DNA of 64,000 bases, taken from contig JAXHMG010000003.1 of NCBI GenBank assembly GCA_034521595.1, positions 256,001 through 320,000 of the forward strand. Reading direction: 5' to 3'. A model generated the notes under the pieces. The model worked only from the letters and a program-made list of their open reading frames with translations. It was not told the origin of the DNA and did not search any database. This document shows, one piece after another, positions 58,298-64,000 of the stretch. The position numbers and the translations under genes are program-made. Positions within the stretch are counted from its first letter, which is position 1; the number at the start of each line of letters is the position of its first letter. This DNA is from Gemmatimonadota bacterium. Lineage in GTDB: Bacteria; Gemmatimonadota; Gemmatimonadetes; Longimicrobiales; Gaopeijiaceae.

Positions 58298-59283
58298 CCT
58301 CCGGCGTCCTCGAGGGTCACGTCCGCGGGAAGGCCCGGCTTGAGCACGAGATCGGGATCGCCGGTGATGCGCACCTTGACGGGGTAGACGAGACGGGTGC
58401 GCTCCTCGGCGGTCTGCACGTTCCGCGGGGTGAACTCGGCTTCGCTTCCGATGAAGGACACCTCCCCCGTGACGGTCCGGTCGGGGTAGGTGTCGGACAC
58501 GATCGCTGCATCGCCTCCCAGTCGGAGCCGGCCCACCATGTCCGCCCTCACGTAGATGCGGACCCAGCGCTCCGAGGGGTCGAGGAGCGTCACGACCGGT
58601 GCGCCGGGAGACACGGCTTCCCCCGGCTCGCGATGCCGTACGGTGACGGTGCCGTCGAAGGGAGCCTCGATCAGCGCGTGCGAGCGGATCGCCTCGGCGC
58701 TCGCGAGTCGGGCCCGGGTCTGCTCGAGCCGGGCACGCGCGGCCCGGATCGCTTCCGGGCGAGGGCCCTCCCGGACGAGCTCGAGCGCTTCAGCGGCTTG
58801 CTCCGCCGCGGACCGGGCGATATCGCGCTCCGCTTGCGCCCGGTCGTACGCCTGCCGGCTGATGGCCCCACCCTCGAAGAGCACGACCGCCCGCTCGGCA
58901 TTCTCCTCCGCCTCCTCCAGACGCCTGCGCGCGGACCGCAGGGCGGCTTCGGCGCTGGCGATCTCCTGTCCACGCGAGCCCGCTTCCATCTCCGCGAGGG
59001 CCGCTTCCGCCGCCTCGACGTCGGCTCGGGCCGCGTCACGGCGCGCGTCCAGCTCCCGGGCATCGAGGCGCGCCAGCACGGTGCCGGCCGTCACCGTCTG
59101 GCCTTCATCGACCAGGACTTCCGCCACCCGGCCCGCGACCAGAAAGCCGAGGTGAGCGTCCGTGGCTTCGACCGTCCCCGAAGCCGTGAGCTGCACGTCG
59201 TCGCTTCCATTCCCCAGGATGAGCCAGCCGGCCAACCCACCGAGTGCGACGACTACGACCCCGATCACCATGCGCTTCTTCAT
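58294..59283 (-). CDS. HlyD-family membrane fusion protein (YbhG-like)
   Basis: N-terminal TM; ASGTVEA; APFDGTV; AEFTPRNVQT; LKPGLPA. Confidence 0.92.
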   Translation of the reverse strand: MKKRMVIGVVVVALGGLAGWLILGNGSDDVQLTASGTVEATDAHLGFLVAGRVAEVLVDEGQTVTAGTVLARLDARELDARRDAARADVEAAEAALAEMEAGSRGQEIASAEAALRSARRRLEEAEENAERAVVLFEGGAISRQAYDRAQAERDIARSAAEQAAEALELVREGPRPEAIRAARARLEQTRARLASAEAIRSHALIEAPFDGTVTVRHREPGEAVSPGAPVVTLLDPSERWVRIYVRADMVGRLRLGGDAAIVSDTYPDRTVTGEVSFIGSEAEFTPRNVQTAEERTRLVYPVKVRITGDPDLVLKPGLPADVTLEDAGG

Positions 59284-60680
59284 CGGTTCTCCTCCAAAGC
59301 TCGGGCTAGCCAGTCGCGATTCAGGGTCCCCCGGGCGCGCGCAAGCCGAACGCGGGCCAGCACCCGGTCGTACCGCGCGCGGGCGAGACCCGCGCGTGCC
59401 CGGAACAGGCTCGCCTCCGCCGCCAGGAGGTCGCTCTGGACTCCCGAGCCGGCGTCGAGCGCCAGCGCTTCGATCCGCGTGACCTCTTCCCACTGCGTGA
59501 CGGAAGCCGCGAGCGCGGATTCGCGTGCGTCGGCTTCCCGGATCTCCGCGGTCGCGGCGTCGACCGCGCGGTCCACGCCGCGCTCGGCCGCGGAACGCCT
59601 CTGGCGGGCGGCGGCTCGTTCGGCCTCCGCCCGACGGACCGCGGCACCGCGTGCGCCGCCCGTGAAGAGCGGCCAGGAGAGCGTCACACCGGCTTGCCAC
59701 TCGGCGACGTGCCCGCCCGTGACCGTTCCGTAGTCGAGCAGGCCGGCCCTTACCTCGAGCCGGGGGAGGCGGGCGGCGCGCGCGCCGCCGAGCCGAGCTT
59801 CGGCGGCGCGCTCCTGCTCGAGGGCGCGGACCAACTCGGGGTGTGAGGGCTCGGGAGCGGGGTCGTCGGTGGACGGAGCCAGGGTGATGTCGGTCAGGGA
59901 ACGGTCGACGACCGAGTCGGGGGGCTGATCCATCGCTCGCGCCAGTCCGCGTTCCGAGAGCTCGGTCCGGGCTTTAGCGCCGGCCGCGTCGGCCCGAGCC
60001 TCCTCCAACGCGGCGGACGCCCGCAAGACGTCGACCTCGGGCGCCGAGCCGGCTTCGGCCATCCTGCGCGCTCGCTCGGCTTCCGCCACGAGGGCTTCGA
60101 CCCGGCGCGTGGCCGCGTCCTCGTGCGCGCGGGCCGCGAGCACCTCGAAGTACGCCGTCGCGGCCCGTTCCAGCACCGCCATGCGGCGTGCCCGAGCCCC
60201 GGCTTCCGCCGCCGCGGCGCCCGACCGGGCGGCGCTGAGGCGCGCGCCCGTCGCGCCACCGTCGAAGGCGGTGTAGCGTAGCCGAGCCGCACCCTGAACG
60301 AGGGTCTCGTCGAACCGGGGCGGGGCGGCCGGATCGAAGCTGTGCAGTGGAGCGACGACCATGGGCTCCTGGAACCGGGTCAAGGATCCCTCGAGCGTCA
60401 CGTTCGGAAGCCGTCCCGCCCGAGCTCGGGCCACGTCCGCTTCCGCGCCGCGGTGCCCGGCCCGGGCCGCGGCCAACTCCGGGTCGGTCCGGAGCGCGGC
60501 CTCCACGACTTCGTGGAGCGTGAGGGGAGGCGGCTCCTGGGCACGGGCGGCGGCCGGATCGAACATCAGGGATGCCGTGACGAACGCGACGGCGAACGTC
60601 GCGGCGGCGATGCCGCGAGCGCTCGCCGGGCCCGGGCGGGGTGCCCCGGTCTCGATGGTTCCGTCAGCGTGTGGTCGCAT
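59280..60680 (-). CDS. TolC-family outer-membrane efflux protein
   Basis: LTLHEVVEAAL; FDGGA; AYFEVL; WPLFTGG. Confidence 0.9.
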   Translation of the reverse strand: MRPHADGTIETGAPRPGPASARGIAAATFAVAFVTASLMFDPAAARAQEPPPLTLHEVVEAALRTDPELAAARAGHRGAEADVARARAGRLPNVTLEGSLTRFQEPMVVAPLHSFDPAAPPRFDETLVQGAARLRYTAFDGGATGARLSAARSGAAAAEAGARARRMAVLERAATAYFEVLAARAHEDAATRRVEALVAEAERARRMAEAGSAPEVDVLRASAALEEARADAAGAKARTELSERGLARAMDQPPDSVVDRSLTDITLAPSTDDPAPEPSHPELVRALEQERAAEARLGGARAARLPRLEVRAGLLDYGTVTGGHVAEWQAGVTLSWPLFTGGARGAAVRRAEAERAAARQRRSAAERGVDRAVDAATAEIREADARESALAASVTQWEEVTRIEALALDAGSGVQSDLLAAEASLFRARAGLARARYDRVLARVRLARARGTLNRDWLARALEENR

Positions 60681-61341
60681 CGGGCCTCCGCGGTGGTGAG
60701 GTCTCTGTCTCGTCGGGCCGGAGCCCGGCTTCGACGAACCGGGCCGCGTGCTCCACGGCCTCCGCACGCGTTTCGGGATCGAAGAGATCGAGCCCTCCGA
60801 CCGTCGCGAGCATGGGCGCGACCAGCGTCATGAAGACCGGCTGCGCCACGACGCTGAGCGCCGTGAGGCGGGGGTGGCCGGGACGGACGCTTCCGTCCTC
60901 GACGCCCTCGCCGTGGAGCTTGGTCAGCGTGCCCATGACGCGGTGGAGGATGTCCACGACGGCCGGTGGCGGTGGCTTCCCGGCGGCGACCTCCTGGAGC
61001 AGGAGGTGCGGAATGTCGGGCTGTTCCCTGAAGTGGTCGAAGTAGGCTTCCACGATCGCGCTCATACGCTCCGCGGCCGTGCCGTCGCTCCCTGCCACCG
61101 CGACCACGCGGTCCGCGAGGGGGCTCAACCCGTCGTCGAGGACCGCGGCGTAGAGGGCGCGCTTGGACCCGAAGTGGTAGGTGATCGAGCCGAGGTTCGC
61201 CCCCGCCCGCTCCGTGATGGCACGTACCGACGTTCCGTCGAAGCCCTTCCTGCCGAAGAGCTCCCTCGCGGCGGCCATGAGAGCGTGGCGGGTGGCCTCG
61301 CCGGTGCGGCCTCTGGGCGGAGCTGCCATGGGTTTAGTCAT
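60664..61341 (-). CDS. TetR/AcrR-family regulator (CecR/YbiH-like)
   Basis: AARELFGRKGFDGTSVRAITERAGANLGSITYHFGSKRALY; heads the efflux operon. Confidence 0.92.
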   Translation of the reverse strand: MTKPMAAPPRGRTGEATRHALMAAARELFGRKGFDGTSVRAITERAGANLGSITYHFGSKRALYAAVLDDGLSPLADRVVAVAGSDGTAAERMSAIVEAYFDHFREQPDIPHLLLQEVAAGKPPPPAVVDILHRVMGTLTKLHGEGVEDGSVRPGHPRLTALSVVAQPVFMTLVAPMLATVGGLDLFDPETRAEAVEHAARFVEAGLRPDETETSPPRRPDATTR

Positions 61342-61378
61342 ACGTTCGTATTATTACGCGCCGAACCCCGTTGCACAA
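61340..61378 (-). promoter_or_regulatory. Promoter and candidate TetR operator
   Basis: TTGTGC-N17-AATAAT; palindrome ATACG-aa-CGTAT at 61340-61351. Confidence 0.6.
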
Positions 61379-61402
61379 GGGTGGATGACTCAAAGGGTAC
61401 GG

Positions 61403-62176
61403 TCAGGCCGTGCGGCCGAGCTCCTCAACGACTTCGCGCACCCGCCGGACGCCCTCCATCAGGCGCGGGCCGGGACGGCCGAGGTACGGCTCTCCCACGC
61501 AGAAGACGCGCCCCTCCCGCACGAAGGGAAGCTCCGCCCAGGCTTCGTTGCGGAGCACCACGTCGGGGCGGTACTTGTCGGGATGGACGCCGCACCACGA
61601 GAGGATGACGGCGTCCGGGGACCGCTCGGCGACCTCTTCGTCGGTCATGGGGCGGCTCTTCACGTCCTCGTCGGCGAGGACGGCTTGGGCGCCCGCGGCG
61701 CGGAGCACATCCGTCGTCCAGCTTTGCTTTCCGGGTGTGATCACGGGCTTGGGCCACCACTGGACGAGCAGCCGGGGCGCCGAATCGTCGGGCTCGGACG
61801 GTTGGAGGGCGCTCTGCATCTCGTGGACGAGGGCTTCGGCCCGGTCCGACACACCCAGGCGGGCTCCGATGTCACGGATGTCCCGGTAGACGTCGTCGAG
61901 GGAGACGGGCTCGGGCGCGATGTAGGGGAGTCCGGCCGCCTCGAGCCGCTCGACGACCTGCTCGTGCCCCGGCACGGTCAGGGTGGCGAGGACCAGGTCG
62001 GGTTCGAGCTCCGCGACCCGCGCCACGTCGATGTCCAGGTCGGGACCGACCTTGGGGAGCGGGTCCACCACCTCGGGCGGGTAGTCGGAGTGGTCGTCCA
62101 CGCCGACGAGCATGTCGGCGCACCCGAGCGCACAGACGATCTCGGTATTCGAGCAAGCAAGGGATACGATACGCAT
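61403..62176 (-). CDS. BtuF-like cobalamin/metal-chelate-binding protein (no signal peptide seen)
   Basis: MRIVSLACSNTEIVCALG..LVGVDDHSDYP; RPGPRL. Confidence 0.85.
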   Translation of the reverse strand: MRIVSLACSNTEIVCALGCADMLVGVDDHSDYPPEVVDPLPKVGPDLDIDVARVAELEPDLVLATLTVPGHEQVVERLEAAGLPYIAPEPVSLDDVYRDIRDIGARLGVSDRAEALVHEMQSALQPSEPDDSAPRLLVQWWPKPVITPGKQSWTTDVLRAAGAQAVLADEDVKSRPMTDEEVAERSPDAVILSWCGVHPDKYRPDVVLRNEAWAELPFVREGRVFCVGEPYLGRPGPRLMEGVRRVREVVEELGRTA

Positions 62177-62310
62177 ATCCGCCGTTACCCGACGGGCTAC
62201 GTTTCGTTCAGCGCGGCCGGTGCTTTCCGCCACGGGGCGTTGACCCTCGAACGACCTCCGCGTCAATCTTTCAAAGCCGCGATCACTCAGCTCATTCCAC
62301 GGAGACGGCC

Positions 62311-62895
62311 ATGGTCAGCGTCCCTTCGACGATGGTTCCCCTCGGAACCCGCGCTCCCGAGCTCACCCTTCCCGAGCCGGCCACGGGCCGGACGGTCTCG
62401 ACCGAGGATCTCCGAGACGCTCCGGCGCTTCTGGTCGTGTTCCTCTCGAACCACTGTCCCTTCGTCAAGCACATCGCCGACGAGCTCGCGTCGTTCGCAC
62501 GCGAGTACGGTGAGCGGGGGCTGGCGATCGTCGGCATCAATGCGAACGACGTGGAGAAATATCCGGACGACAGCCCCGAGAAGATGGCCGAGGAGGTGGC
62601 GTCGCGCGGCTACACCTTCCCGTACCTGTTCGACGAGACCCAGGAAGTCGCCAAGGCGTACGGCGCCGCCTGCACACCGGACTTCTTCCTGTTCGACGGA
62701 GATCGAAAGCTGGCGTACCGCGGGCAGTTCGACGACAGCCGCCCCTCGCTGGAGAAGCCGGTGACGGGTGCGGACCTGCGTGCCGCATGCGATGCCGTGC
62801 TGGCGGGCGAGGCTCCGCCGAAGGACCAGGCCCCGAGCGTGGGGTGCAACATCAAGTGGCGCCCCGGCAACGAGCCCGCTTGGTTCGGAGCGTAG
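62311..62895 (+). CDS. Thioredoxin-fold AhpC/TSA (Prx-like) protein
   Basis: SNHCPFVKH, YPDDSPE, PYLFDETQEVA..YGAACTPDFFLFD, SVGCNIKW. Confidence 0.92.
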   Translation: MVSVPSTMVPLGTRAPELTLPEPATGRTVSTEDLRDAPALLVVFLSNHCPFVKHIADELASFAREYGERGLAIVGINANDVEKYPDDSPEKMAEEVASRGYTFPYLFDETQEVAKAYGAACTPDFFLFDGDRKLAYRGQFDDSRPSLEKPVTGADLRAACDAVLAGEAPPKDQAPSVGCNIKWRPGNEPAWFGA

Positions 62896-62908
62896 ATGGG
62901 GGCAGGGC

Positions 62909-62949
62909 AAAAAATGAGCGCCGCCGGGCGTGCTGCCCCGACGGCGCTC
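62909..62949 (-). terminator. Intrinsic terminator for a minus-strand transcript
   Basis: gagcgccg-cggg / cccg-cggcgctc stem whose mismatch is G-U only on the minus strand, followed there by ATTTTTT. Confidence 0.75.
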
Positions 62950-63020
62950 CAACTGTCGCAGCCCAGCGCGATGGCCGGGTCCGGCGCGAACAGCGAACTA
63001 CATGAATCTACGGTCCGACT

Positions 63021-63083
63021 TTAGAAGCCGATCCGGCGATCGCTTGCCCGTGCCAGGCTGGACAGGGTACTCGGAATAGACAA
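63021..63083 (-). CDS. Candidate 20-aa small peptide MSIPSTLSSLARASDRRIGF
   Basis: TTG directly after AAAGGAGGTGATCC; TAA stop; lies between a putative promoter and a terminator. Confidence 0.35.
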   Translation of the reverse strand: MSIPSTLSSLARASDRRIGF

Positions 63084-63290
63084 GGATCACCTCCTTTTTG
63101 CGGGTCGACATCGGGCTGAGCACCGGCGGGCCATGTGCCCGCGGTCCACCGGCCGGGTCAATGCACGCATCCCGGCGGGGCCCATCCTGGGACGAATCCG
63201 TCCCGGACGCAGCCATGATACAAACAGCCCCGACTCCCGGGCAAGGGCCGCGTTCACGTCCACGGTCGGTAGGGGACGGGAGGCGGACGG

Positions 63291-63962
63291 TCAGGCCGTG
63301 CGGTACGCGCTCAGGAGCATGCGGCCGCTGAACGCCAGCGCGATACCGATCCAGACGATGCCCCACACGAGGGTCGGGATCCCGGTGATCTCGGCCAGCA
63401 TCGCGGCGTCGGAGCGGAGCTCCGGCCGGTCGAGGACGTCGCTCTTGATGTCGAGGATCGCGTAGAGGCTGCTCGTGAGGCCGAGGGTGAGCAACACCGC
63501 TCGGTTGATGCCCCCGCTCGCGCGGCGGGCGATCCAGAAGAGGGCCGTGCCGAACGCCAACCCGAACGCGATGCCGAAGCCGCTCCGGACGTACAGGAGC
63601 GTGGCGACGACGATGATTCCGGCGATCACGGCGTTCACCGTGTCGGTTCTGGTGCGGCGGCCACGCGCCGCCGCGAACATGGCGCCGCCCCACGCGAGGC
63701 TGCCGAGGTAGCCGGCGCTCAACACCAGGAAGGCGTTGCCGCCGGGGCAGTAGCACGCGCCGCCCTGGTAGGGATCGAGGTCGATCCGGTGCACGGATCC
63801 GCCCGTGGCGAGCGACGCGCCCGCGTGGCTCAGCTCGTGGAGCAGGACCACGAAGATCTTCAGGGGATAGACGACCGGGGTCTCCCAGAAGAACCACAGG
63901 GCGGTGAAGAACACGCCGAACCCGAAGAGGAAGCGCAGCTTGCGCCACGTACGATTCGCCAT
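63291..63962 (-). CDS. Peptidase M50B-like membrane metalloprotease
   Basis: PLKIFVVLLHELSH (HExxH), AGYLG, SDAAMLA. Confidence 0.9.
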   Translation of the reverse strand: MANRTWRKLRFLFGFGVFFTALWFFWETPVVYPLKIFVVLLHELSHAGASLATGGSVHRIDLDPYQGGACYCPGGNAFLVLSAGYLGSLAWGGAMFAAARGRRTRTDTVNAVIAGIIVVATLLYVRSGFGIAFGLAFGTALFWIARRASGGINRAVLLTLGLTSSLYAILDIKSDVLDRPELRSDAAMLAEITGIPTLVWGIVWIGIALAFSGRMLLSAYRTA

Positions 63963-64000
63963 GAGGTGGAGGTCAGGCTCCGCCGTCGGCGATCCGGAGG

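Noticed and set aside
62177-62310. Cobalamin riboswitch upstream of the BtuF-like gene
   Set aside because: The region is short and no B12-box consensus was recognised.
63084-63097. 16S rRNA gene or fragment
   Set aside because: Only the 14-nt terminal sequence matches and the flanks do not resemble 16S or an ITS; treated as an extended SD on the other strand.

Overview
High-GC, gene-dense bacterial chromosome window. The gene content (SusC/SusD pair outside Bacteroidota, LVIVD/Ig proteins, DUF1592/DUF1552 systems) suggests Gemmatimonadota, probably Longimicrobiales; this is inference only. In order: a LuxR regulator end plus small accessory genes; a classical menaquinone operon (menF-menD-menB-menA-menE, no menH/menC) interrupted by a 273-bp MITE with perfect 30-bp terminal inverted repeats and a TTAA duplication; a DUF3311/SSS symporter/secreted cyanophycinase unit; about 18.5 kb holding three paralogous copies of an uncharacterised exported module (dihaem-c DUF1592-type protein, Tat-signal DUF1552/HxxSHH protein, signal-peptide ankyrin protein ending in CxxC), two of them behind a shared promoter motif; a His-repeat secreted protein; susCD and neighbours; tyrS, nadB, an MscS-family gene, a pseudo-P-loop/SPOR fusion and greA; an AttEFGH-like ABC/lipocalin unit; a VOC dioxygenase-esterase pair; a TetR-TolC-HlyD-ABC efflux operon; BtuF-like, Prx-like and M50B genes. 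A candidate unannotated small transcript near 63 kb carries a perfect 14-nt complement of the 16S rRNA 3' end. No rRNA, tRNA, CRISPR array or transposase was seen. All family calls come from motif recognition by eye; no searches were run.
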